A DNA stretch of 51,354 nucleotides, the filler included, from Catajapyx aquilonaris (taxonomy: Eukaryota): NCBI GenBank assembly GCA_000934665.2. It is 3 parts of 3 records of this genome, joined end to end, with 100 filler letters (N's around TTAATTAATTAA, not from the genome) between each part and the next. Parts side by side here need not be neighbours in the genome. Positions count along the whole stretch, not along the records: positions 17,147 to 34,199 come from JYFJ02007048.1; positions 34,300 to 51,354 come from JYFJ02007049.1; 1 more part is not named here. One strand, 5' to 3'. Shown piece by piece: positions 23,501-34,599 of this stretch (the stretch's first letter is position 1; each line of letters starts with the position of its first letter). The notes under the pieces are model-generated. The model was not told the origin of the DNA. It did no database searches and saw only the letters and a list, made by a program, of their open reading frames with translations. Both the position numbers and the translations under genes were made by a program.

Positions 23501-26260
23501 GACACCATCGGGACTCAGAAACACACACTGATGCGATGTGCCACTGTCTGTGTGCCGGTGCCTGTGAACACTACCAGTCGTACCTGCAATAAGGATTCAA
23601 AAATCACATGGCAACAAATTGCTGAAAATATTGTGTTTACCAGTCATTGGCCATTAACATAATAAAGTGTAATAAAGTGTAATTTTTAAGGGCGGCATGG
23701 TGGTCTAGCGGTTACGCTGCTGGCCAGCCAAGCGGGAGGCCGGGGTTCAAATCCCGTCCCCGTCACCTCTGCTTGGCCGGGTCTTTTTCCGCTTTTCACC
23801 CGACATGCCGGAGCAGAATTGCACTCCCTTCTCTGCTCGGGGCCAGGAGAAAAGGCCTGGTGTTAAAGAATGTCAGAAATGGCTATCGCACGGCGCCCTC
23901 CCTTGGGAACTTCCCCTTCCCNAAAAAAAAAAAAAGTGTAATTTTTATGAGCTGCATATTATACCCATCCTCTGCTTACATGTGAGCGATTCACTCAGCG
24001 ACGAGCATTGCTGAGCGATGAAACCAATTGTTTGGAGAGAAAGCAACAATCAATATTCAACCCAAACAGTTGGTTTCATTTCTGAGTGAATCGCTCACAT
24101 GTAAATGGCCTTACTTTCTAGAATCTAGAGTAATGTTCACCCAAGCTAAAATGAAGGTAGGTTGTGCATACCTATCTTCGGCTTCCCCATGAGAGAATGC
24201 TGCGGGGCCATGAGCACACCTCCCCTGGGAACTGGAAAGGCAGCCACCCGTGGCCCATGCTGCAGTGCCCACACCTCCAGGGTGCCCTTCCTTGGGGCGT
24301 ACAATGCCAAGAACTGTGCCCTCCTTCTCCTACTCTTCTTATGTCTTCCAGTAGGATCTTCCTCTTCCCACACACTCAGCCATCCACACTGGGCCTCTCT
24401 GTATCCCTTCCACATACGCACTGCCAGGCCCCTGGTCACGTCCAGCAGGGTCACCCGCCCTAAATTGTCTGTCACAGAAACCATGGTGCGGCATGGAGAT
24501 GGACAAATGGAGTCTGCTTGTCGCTCAGTGTCTGCCAGTCCCCAGCGGCAGTCCGTAGGAGTTGGTGGAGTCTCTTCCTTTTCCTCTTCTGGGTGGCGTG
24601 TGGCTGCACTAGGGGAGCCTAGTCCCAGGAAACCAGAAGCGGCCTGGACAAGAGCAGTGCGTACTTTGGAAGCAACTGCATGGGCCACTTCGGTAAGAAG
24701 GGCAGGACTTCCCCCACCCTGAGGAGTGCTACGAAATGCCAGGAAAGGTCGGCGACCGGCCACGACCAGGAGATCGCAAGAAGGGGGAGCCAACCGTGCA
24801 GAAGGAGTCGTACCAGAAATGCATGCCTGTAAGGAAAAGAAAGGCTTCAGTCACAATCGCCACTGGGAACCAGTAAGAAAAAGCAGCCTTTAAAAATAGC
24901 AACAATTATTTTCTGCGTCAAATTCTACATTGGATTATCAGTTAATCCTTACTAATACAGGTGCGTGTTAATGCAGTTAACACACACACACAAAACTGTC
25001 CATTGTATCAAGACTAACCTGGTGTAGATGGTCCCATAAGCAAGTGGCCTGTGGCCCCATGTCTTCACAGTCAGACACGTCCTGTGATGGTCCGGTAATG
25101 CCATCCAAGGACCATCTCTCGTATAACAGTGGTGGAGGGGCGGTTGTTGCATGGTCTCGCGCTTGAAGACGTGCTATGCGATTACGCAGGGCACGGAGGG
25201 TCTGGACCAACCCAAAACCATCAAAAGTGACTACAAAACGAGGGAACAAGACCAGGAGTTGCTCTGGAAGTTCTCCTCGGCTACCTGAACTGGAATGGTC
25301 TACTGGGCGTGACCGTGCTTTCAGCCGCAAAACTGGTTCACTCCCACGATTCAAAAGCTGTGAGAGAACTAAGCATCCCTTTTCAGTGTACAGACGAAGG
25401 TGGCCTGAAGAGAAACCGACTGCCACACAGGTCCAATCCACTCCACCAGCCCCACTCCGCCTCTGGGATGCCAAGGGAAGGCACAACAATGCCGTCACAT
25501 TATCCCTACAAAGGTACGACCAGTCATGTTCGAACTGAAATCACGGTTTAAAAGCAAAACTCACCCTGGATCTTTCACCAATTCGCCTTTCCACACCACT
25601 TGGAACTTGGTCTTCATATCACTTTTTTCTTCTCCATCCCACTTTGCTGAAACGGTTTAGTAAAAATCAATTACGATCAATAATTTGTGTGCATAATTCG
25701 CAAGTACAGTTGACAATATCTTAACCGCAACTTGACGTTTATTGCCTTCCAAACAATGCCAACTTACGTGCTAGAAAGACAGCTCTCTGCTTCCTGGCCA
25801 ACACCAGCAGCTCTCCAGTGGGCGAGAGAGACACGAAGCAGTTCTGCATCCAGTACGTGTCCGCTTCATTCTTCCGTTTGCCATCCGCATTCCCATCAAA
25901 CCCATCCTCCTCCTTTTCCTTCCGCTCATCCCCGTCCAGCTTCCAGTTCCACTTGTCATCCCACAGCTCCTCTCTACTCCCATCCTCATCTTCGTCCCTA
26001 TCCGCATCTGAAACACCCACTCATCAATGTATGCCTCAATTTTCATGTAATGAGGCTGCCTAAAAAATAAACCTATCTTTAAATTAAACTTGAAAAAAAA
26101 AGTGTCATCTTCATTAAAACTTGGGGGGAAAAATCTTCATTAAAATCAACTTTGAAAAAAGTGTCTCACCCGTCTGAGTGGGTGAGGTGTCTGGAAACAG
26201 GAAGATCCGTACTGCCCTGATGTCCCCCACGGACGCCACAGCCCGCAGCTCGCACGACAT
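20549..26260 (-). CDS. RAB3GAP2: Rab3 GTPase-activating protein non-catalytic subunit, 8 exons (26260-26170, 26007-25768, 25646-25565, 25505-25019, 24826-24172, 23583-22837, 22504-21920, 21861-20549)
   Basis: WTCVAVGFSSGHLRLYTEKG, TDNLGRVTLLD...AVRMWKGYREAQCGW and FLALYAPRKGTLEVW motifs; phase-compatible GT-AG junctions. Confidence 0.93.
23689..23932 (+). mobile_element. tRNA-derived SINE in a RAB3GAP2 intron
   Basis: TGGTCTAGCGG A box, GGTTCAAATCC B box, poly(A) tail, 15-bp TSD AAAGTGTAATTTTTA at 23674-23688 and 23933-23947. Confidence 0.9.
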
Positions 26261-26681
26261 CCCGATCAGACGCAACAATAATTGGCAATTAATTATTTTA
26301 ATTACGAAAAAAAAAAAAGAACCAAGCACAGCTGACTGAAAAAAAATGTTCTAATCAAGCCGCCATATTGTTTTTGCCAATTTGAGCGACGGTGGCGCCA
26401 TCTGGCTATCCGCAAAGCAGTGGTGCCAACAGGATGTCAATACTCCGCACTGCAGAAGCTAATTAGTCTAATTACCCCCCAAAAAAGAGAGCAAGTTCTA
26501 CTCTAGATAATTGATGCAATTTACGTAATTTTTATATTTAAAAAAACATTTGCTGTGCAGTGGGCTTGCAGGTTGCAAGGGTCTGTTGGCACCCCTGCTC
26601 TCGGTACGCTTTTTTGTTCGGAACACATTTTTTTTTCGTACGGATTTTTTCGCCAGATTTTCTCGCCAATATTTGTGAGCC
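26261..26681. promoter_or_regulatory. Bidirectional promoter region of RAB3GAP2/CDT1
   Basis: Head-to-head ATGs ~420 bp apart; YY1-like GCCGCCATAT (~26359), GCGCCATCTGGC (~26395), E2F-like TTTTCGCCA and TTCTCGCCAA (~26647-26669). Confidence 0.55.
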
Positions 26682-28734
26682 ATGCAGGCGTCTCTGACCA
26701 ACTACTTCCCTTCGAGGAAGCGGGGTCGGCCTCAGGAGCTGGTGACCAAGGAGGCGAAGAAGCTGAGGGTGGAGGAGGTGGTGGTGGTAGACAAAGGGCA
26801 GGAGGAAGCGGTGCAGGTCAAAGTTCAGCAGAAGGCTGTCAGACGAGTGCTTAGCTTCGAAGATGCGAAAGGAGCTGGAGGGGTCAATAAGGCCAGGAAG
26901 GGTCAGCAGGGCAGGTCGGGGAAGGCCGCAGTTGGACAGAGGAGCATTACGGAGGCGTTTGCCGGCAAGGGACGCAGCGACCTGAAGGATGGGGAGGGCA
27001 ATGGGAAGGGAGAGGTGAGATAACAGCAACAACAATTCCTTGGAATGTTGAATAACTTCATACACATCTAATTACAGGTGTTGCAGGAGAAGAATTCGAC
27101 GCCGAGTAAAGCAACGCCTCAGAAGCTGAATCCGGCGGTTCTACGGGAACAGCTGCGGAAATGCAAGAAGCTGTCGGAGTTGCGTTCGACGTTGCAGAAG
27201 ATGAGCGAAGGCGAGGCCAAGCTGAAGGAGCTGCAGGAAGCTACCCCGAAGCCGACGCCGCAGTCGCCTCAACTGCAAAAGTTCAAGTCTATCCAGCTGG
27301 AGATTCCGAGGTTCGCATTGCGAAGCAGAATATGCGGACACATTTGCAATTGCTACCGCCACTAAGGCCAAACGTTTATTTTCAGCCCACCAAGAAGCCC
27401 TATGAAGACTCCGGTTAAGACTCCTGACAAGATGGCTGCGTATCAGCGTTTCCGGGGTCTTGCTTCACCGAGTGCAGCCACACTCACACTGCCATACAAA
27501 TACAATTTGCTTCTGCGAATGTTTACATCGCTGGAGACAATCGTGGCCATACTGCACAACCGGAAGGAAATAATCACCTTTGACAAACTGAAGGATCCTG
27601 TGCAGAAATTATCAGAGAAGACCTTCACTCTGCGTCACTTGGCACAGATTAAGCGAATCTCTCCAGAGGCGTACATCTTCAAGCAGGAGAAGCGATTTGG
27701 TAAAGGGGAGGAGGCTTACCAGTTAACTTTGCAGATAAACTTTGGTGATTCCGGCCATGAAACGATGGTGCCGTCATTTGTGGCCAAGAGGAAGAGGCAG
27801 TTTGAGGCTGGACTGATGGCGCTTGCCAAACGTCATCATCAAGTGAGTTTTAAGTTGCCGTCTGGTGCTGAGCAGCCTCCTAATTCATTACACTTTTAGG
27901 AATTCCTACAAGGATTGGACCTAGCAGTCACTTTCGACAGCAACCAGCTCACCCGTTGGCACCCGGATTTCAACACTGATGAGATTCCGGATGTGGAATC
28001 TGACCCACTACCCAAACCACCATCGGTTGATAAGTGCACTACGGCTAAAGAGTTGTTAGGTACATAAATTTCCTTCTTCCTCTCCTATTCCGTTTAGTTG
28101 TGCATCACTGACATTGTACGGAGAAGCAAATGCATTGATAAAATTTTCTTATCCAGTAAAGGCTAATGGTCTACTGGACTGCAACAACCGAGTGGTGAAG
28201 GCTCTTGAAGGCGATAAGAATGAACTGGCAGAAAAGCCACTTCCAGTACCAGCATCACCTCCTGTGTCAATGGCGAAAGCTTTGAAAGGTATAAGCCAGT
28301 CACTCCTGGACAAGATCAGAGCGAAGCAAACTGCCAAGCTCCTTCGAGAGATGACTCGTCGTCCAGAAGAGAATGAGGAGTTGACCCGGATGCTCCGCCT
28401 TCCTGACATGGCTAGAATCCTTCGGAGCATTTTCGTCCAGGAGAAAAGGGCTGCTTTGGCCATGGAAGCTGCTGTAGCCAAGGTCCTCAACAGCTACCAA
28501 TCCTCTTTGGCATATCGTAAGTTGTGATTTTGAGGACAACATCTATGTAGCAGATAAATGACCAAAAATTTCCTTGCAGCCGAAGTGGAGGAACATGTAC
28601 GCCTTATGACACGACTGCTTCCGGACTGGCTGAAGATACACAAGTTGAGCCGAGGCGAGTTCCTCAAAGTGGAGAAGCAGGTGGACATCAACATTGTGGC
28701 CAAGAGATTGCAAGAAATGGCACGTAACAAGTGA
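26682..28734 (+). CDS. CDT1: DNA replication licensing factor Cdt1 (exons 26682-27014, 27078-27310, 27386-27842, 27900-28059, 28157-28516, 28580-28734)
   Basis: N-terminal PIP degron MQASLTNYFPSRKR; LTLPYKY...LHNRKEIITFDKLK...HLAQIK geminin-binding domain; LKGISQSLLDKIRAKQ and RLPDMARILRSIFVQEKR C-terminal domain. Confidence 0.95.
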
Positions 28735-29197
28735 ACAGCAGTATTATTGATCATGACCACAACCAACATTTTTTCTACTGTACTTTAGGACGTATGGTTT
28801 ACATTTGTAGCGGGGTTTTTTAAGAATAAAACTTTACACCCAATATTTGATGCAGACAACATATCAAATGTCTTGTATTGCTTTGTAAGCTCAGGAATGA
28901 CAAATTCTCAGGGAAAAAAGCAATGACCTTATAATCTAAATAGGCTGCTTGTACAATAACGAAGAAACTGTAATGAGTTCAAACTGTGTCGGCAAATGCA
29001 TCACTCTTTGACAACGAAGTAAGGCCAAAATTGCATTTGAAATGAACTAATACCGCTCCTGCAACTTCCTCGGTAAGAACACTGGAGAGCAATCGGACGA
29101 TACTTTTAAAAAACACATGCCGTCCATTCATCACCCTTCAACAAATGAGAGTCAATTATGCACAGAGCAACAATTACAAACCAAAATCAGGTAGCCG

Positions 29198-32100
29198 TCA
29201 ATAATCAGAAATCTGTAGCTGATATAGACTTGGACCCTTCTTCAGCAAAAATCCATCAAGGTTCAGCCTGGATAAGAACTCGTGTGTGTCTGGTACCTTG
29301 ATGCTTAAACTTTGCATCACTTCCTTCATCTCCTGGACAGTGAAGATCCGCTTCTGCAATTTGTCCGATATGTTCTTGAGCGCAGCCACAAACTTTTTAC
29401 CCTGCCCCCTCTGGCTCGTACCAGACCCATTCTGCGATCTTGTAAAATCCAGCTGACCGAGATCATCCGAGAAAGTGTCCATCATGCTCGCCTTCATCAT
29501 CTGAATAATATCCCGAGCATCTTGCTCACCAGCTTCTGGCCGCAGTTCCACCTTAGCCCTGGCTTCAGTCAAACGAATGAGTGACTGCAACTGCCGACAA
29601 GTTATGGGCGTACTGTCCTGCGAGTGATACCTTGAGCGAAGATCTAGGTAGAACTGTTGCAGCACCTGTCAATAAAATGCAACTCAGCACGTTCCAGCTT
29701 TCATACCAATTGAAAATATTCACAAGTCAATTTCTCGTTACCTTAGCAGCTGCTCGTGTCACATTTGGCTTCACATATTTCCGTGCGTATTCGATGTACT
29801 TGCACAACAGTTGCGGTGGGACAGGATCAAATTTTTCATCAGGCCGATACTGTAAGCGCTGAAGAAGAGGTGTCTCATGTGATGACGTCACAGACGAGGT
29901 GTAGCTGCTGGATATTGACTTATTAGCGTCGTCCTCGTCCTTCGCGAGGAGCAGTGACAATATGTGCTTAGTGACTTTGTCATCAGCCGCCACATCCGGC
30001 TGATCATAAAGAAGATAGGCGAGGTCGAAGCGAGAGAGGAGAGCCGAACCGAGCTTGAGGTTCTCCGCCACTGTCTGGGACTTTCTGTAGCTACCACCTG
30101 CCGGATTGGCAGCAGCCAGGATGGCTGTGTGGGCAGGAAGGGTACACACAACGCCAGCTTTTGCCACACTTATGGTCTGCTGCTCCATTGCTTCCAATAA
30201 GGCCTAGAGTGTACGACAAAGGTTACAGAAAATACATAGTGTACATATGGCAATATTAATACCTCGTGGTTGCTCATCTTGTCAAACTCGTCGATACAGC
30301 AGCATCCTTGATCGGCCAGCACCAGTGCTCCTCCCTCCAGAGCATAGTCCCCACCCTCCCTAGTAAGGGTGACCGTGAGCCCCGCAGCGGAGGTGGTGTT
30401 TCCGCAGATGTACACTCCTCTGGGGGCCACCGTGACACAAGCCCTCAACATCTGCGACTTGCCCACACCAGGATCACCCACGAGCAGGACGTGAATGTCC
30501 CCACGAACAGGAATGCAGTCCTTGTCCTTTGCCGTCCCGCCAAACAGGGCCAGAATCAGACCTGCCTTTACAATCTCATTCCCGCAGATGGTGGGGCACA
30601 GGGAGGCCACCAGAAGACGGAGCAGGTTCTCCTCAGAGTGAAGCGCCTTAAAGTATATTTAACATTTCAAACATAACGTGGGAAGCCTACAAATCCTAAA
30701 GACCATAGGTTGCAAAATTATGCATAAAGAATCTGAAGGTTATGAAATTTTTTTCAATATGTAAAGACCGTACCCGTATGGCTTCGAAATCCAACTCGGT
30801 GAACTGTTTTCCGATCCTCATGGACCCAGACTTTGTTTCTTCACTCCCCGGCTGGTTCTTCTCGTTGACAATTGACACCGCTTCCATATAGACCATCCGT
30901 TCTACTCCGTCACATCTGCTCTCCATCGAAAGGCACGTCTAGAAGTATTGAGCAGGTCGTGCCATAATTTACTAATTTTTATCCATCAGGACATTTCACG
31001 AGTAACAGCAGACTTTGGGTTGTGATAATGTTAATTTGTCTGGGACGGAATGAACTATGCACCATTAAAACGTATAACAAATAAACTAGAAGACACATGT
31101 TAACAGAGCAGGCCATTGACACAAACCTTGATGATTCCGACAACAGTGACCACATCCCCTGGGATGCAAGAGTCGACAAGATCCTCCGTGAGCTCACACT
31201 CCAAAGCCAGAGGAACTCGTCCACTTGGATCATCTTTCGGCTTTGGAGGGCCACAGATAACGTCACAAGTGTCCTGCAGTTCCTGCAGCCTCATGGTCTG
31301 CCAATTGACGGTTCGAGTCAGGGATGAAAAATGCCTTGGGTAGAAAAGGTCGCATTTGCATTTAAACTCGGTACATCTCGTAGGGGGCATGTAGCGGCCT
31401 TCCCTCTGCCGCACTGACTGCCAACGGTTGCAGCTTCCACACTCGAAGGCCATCCAGGTGCAGAGAGGTTTGATGGGTCCCACACGAACCACAGTTCCCT
31501 TCACAGCCACAAGCTTTCCTGAATATAGGAGACAGGAATTTACTTTGAATTTTGTCTATGACATGCCCTGTAAGTATGACTAATGTATCCGAGCCCACTA
31601 CACTTTTCCTGCGTAAAAAAAATGTATGAAAATGTTTGCTCACCGACAGCACTTGCTTTGACCGCCGTTAACGGTATGACTGGCTTGAAGTTGATAATTC
31701 TCGGCTGGATTATGGGAACCTCGGATAGCTTCGTCTCCCGGCTCTGTCGCAACTGCATTTCAAGTTCCTTCATGCACTGCAACAACCCAAGCGGCTGAGG
31801 TTAGCAACGTACTCATTGAAACATTATGAATAGATCGCTAAATTCCTCACCTCGTAAGCGGCCAGTCCGATGCAGGCCAACGTCTTCTCAGTACTTTCAG
31901 TCAAGTCCTCCACAAACTGCGGCCAGTCCATCTGGACGTCCTCCACGTCATTAGCCATCTCTTTGACATCAATCAGAACCGGAATGACAGGGCTTCCATC
32001 GGACGTGACCCTGTGGACAAAGTCTATCTTCTGCAGGTATCGCTTGAGGACATTCACCCTGGACTCTCCCTCGCACCCAGGCTTGTACTGGTCCTCCGGG

Positions 32101-32336
32101 AAGTATATGTGCCACCCACCGAACGGACTGGGCTCAGGACACAGCGAGACACTCGTCTGCGATGAAGAGCGGTCATCATCCGGATGGTGGTGGTGGTGGT
32201 GGTGATTCCCTCTCCCAGCAGCCCCTCTGAACCGTCCTCTGCCTCTGAAGAACCTTCCTCGTCCGAATCTGCCACGTCCAAACTGGCCTCTTCCTCTTGA
32301 ACCTTCATCGCCATGGGGAGGACTCGCAGAACTCAT
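29198..32336 (-). CDS. MCM8: DNA helicase MCM8, multi-exon
   Basis: GDIHVLLVGDPGVGKSQ (Walker A), CCIDEFDKM (Walker B), LLSRFDL (R-finger), C4 zinc finger, and MCM8-typical PFGGWHIYFPE and GFLLKKGPSLYQL. Confidence 0.93.
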
Positions 32337-32375
32337 TTTTCTGTCCACTGAAGAAAAATCAAGACACAAAATTTT

Positions 32376-32407
32376 CCGCCATCTTGGTTTTGAAAAGCGC
32401 GGGAAAA
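32376..32407 (-). promoter_or_regulatory. E2F/CDE-CHR (DREAM-type) element plus YY1-like site upstream of MCM8
   Basis: Minus strand reads TTTCCCGC-GCTT-TTCAAA-ACC-AAGATGGCGG; CCAAT boxes at 32581-32585 and 32606-32610. Confidence 0.6.
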
Positions 32408-32944
32408 AAAATAGTAGAATCTTCCAAAAATTAATTAGTTAGTCTCAATCACCTTGATTACAACCGATTTCATTAATTGTAATTATTTTTGAGATAGGTT
32501 TGCATTATTTAAAATGAACAGATTTGAAAAAGAAGAGAGGATTTACTTAGGGGAACAACTTCTATCGCGCACAAGCCATGATTGGCTCACGTTCCAAAGT
32601 TCCAGCCAATCACTGCAATCGTGTGCTGGTCATGCTGCACATGGTGACACCCGTGCAATTTTTTTGAAAAAATAAATAATATGCTCACATTTTAACGCCT
32701 ATTTGAGGCATGCCTTTATATTTAAAAAATAGTACTTGGTATAATTACGTAGATGCATTGTTAAAAACACCTAACCCAGTTTGGTGCTAATATAATGCGT
32801 TTAAAGCATCTGTTAAATTACTTATTGAAAGTGCTGTAATTACTTTCAGCAATTAGTAGTAAGTTCCTCAAGGTGGAGAAAACAGCGAGGGTAATAAAAC
32901 TCAAAAGGATTTAATACAGAATCGAGGAGTTGGCTGCGTTTTAT

Positions 32945-34189
32945 TTATCGTGACGCGGCCATAATGGCAGCCACGCTTTCAAAATCAATCTTCTCGGTGA
33001 TATTCTTGGTCTTGATGCTTTCTTCCTGGTTGGCGATGTTGATCATCCCATCGTCCTGCATCTTCCAGCCATACTTGCGCACCCACATGCCCAGGGTGTT
33101 CTCGTCCACGTCGCCAAGAAGCTGGGCCAGAAGAACCTTCTCAATGGTCTGGTAGGTGATGCCCACCACGTGGCAAACAAACTTCCGGATGGAGTCCTCG
33201 AATCCGATTATCCCAGCCGTTATAGGGGGGTCCACAACCACCAAGGAAGCGGCTCCTCCAGCAGATGCACCTGAATTTTGCAGCTCACGCCAGAAGTGCT
33301 GGAACTGGCACATCTCCAGCAGGTCAGCCAGAAACATGATGCGCTGGATCTTCGGGTCTTCCAGCTTTGAATGCAGGAAATCTAGTTAAAAAACTACTAC
33401 ATAACATCCCACAAGCTGTTTATTAGCAATTGCAGTTAAATAGCTTGCTAGGAATGTTCAAAAAGTGGGTCAACACAGTAAAGGAATGTTGAGTCCCATA
33501 AATCATTAGAGCTTTAATTACAAATTACATTCATGGTTGCCCTCATCATTTCCACATGTAAAAACACTTACGAAGGTCATCAGATCAACAAATCTAGCAG
33601 AAAAAGCAATTTCGTAATGCACATATGGAAAATTGGGGGCAAAGATTAAATGCAGCATGGCTAATCATTTGATTGATGATTGAAACAGACAATCCGTAGC
33701 TAATACTCCAATTATTCCACAGATGTGCACCTGATATTAATGGCAAATGGTGGTGTGAATAACGCCAATGATAATGAACTGGATTACCAGTTGAGGAATT
33801 CATAGTTTCCAGGAAGCATCTAATTTGACACTGACCTTCCCCTCATTAAATTTGGCAAACCTGTTAATTTAATTTTTATTATTTTATTAATTCGTAACGG
33901 CTCCTGTTGTTTTTAAAGTAGCCCCTCCCCGGTCCCACCATATGCCGCCAGCGCCTGCCCAATACTGACCCGCTCCTGAGCCAGCAGGCACTTGCACAGG
34001 ATGAAGTCCGTGTGAGGCAGGTTAGTGAGCGCCTTGAGCAGTATCTGCGCCGTGATGTTGACCTTGTACACCGTCGGGTTGAACTGGTAGAGCTTCAGAA
34101 CAGCCAGGTTGGCCTCCAAATCGTACGCATTCTCCTTCACCTGAACCTCCACGTATCGCTCCAGGGTCGTCAGGTTCTCCGGGTTGTAC
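32945..34189 (-). CDS. EIF3K: Eukaryotic translation initiation factor 3 subunit K; first exon missing (exons 34189-33970 and 33364-32945)
   Basis: [82 protein letters not shown]. Confidence 0.95.
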
Positions 34190-34199
34190 CTGTCCAGAA

Positions 34200-34299
34200 N
34201 NNNNNNNNNNNNNNNNNNNNNNNNNNNNNNNNNNNNNNNNNNNTTAATTAATTAANNNNNNNNNNNNNNNNNNNNNNNNNNNNNNNNNNNNNNNNNNNN
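34200..34299. other. Artificial contig linker
   Basis: N44-TTAATTAATTAA-N44. Confidence 0.97.
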
Positions 34300-34500
34300 A
34301 TGTTGGGCCAGCATGTAGCCCTCGAGCCCTCCCCTTTCTTACCTATAAAGTTCAGCCTTAGTCCGGTAGGGTCGCCACATGATAGCTCTGGGAAATGTCT
34401 CGTGGCGCTGTCAAGTGAGCACCCGGTGCGTAATCCTTCGGCAGGTGATAAGCCCAGAAGATAGGGGGTAGTGTCCGTGGGCTGGTTCAAACCAAGAAAG
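34300..34500. repeat. Right half of the palindromic repeat family also present at 48240-48620
   Basis: Near-identical CATGTAGCCCTCGAGCCCTCCCCTTTCTTACCTATAAAGTTCAGCCTTAGTCCGGTAGGGTCGCC. Confidence 0.8.
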
Positions 34501-34599
34501 GTGCACATCCACTTGGACTCGGTCAAATGGTGGCATCATTTCAGTGCCTTGTTGCCTACCAATGTACAGTACCATTGCATTATGATCAGAGCCCTACAC

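Noticed and set aside
23689..23770. tRNA genes here and at 16575, 35699 and 38771
   Set aside because: A/B boxes continue into SINE bodies with tails and TSDs; no convincing cloverleaf
20692..25551. Long plus-strand ORFs such as 21694-22515 and 24162-24722
   Set aside because: Antisense shadows of RAB3GAP2 exons
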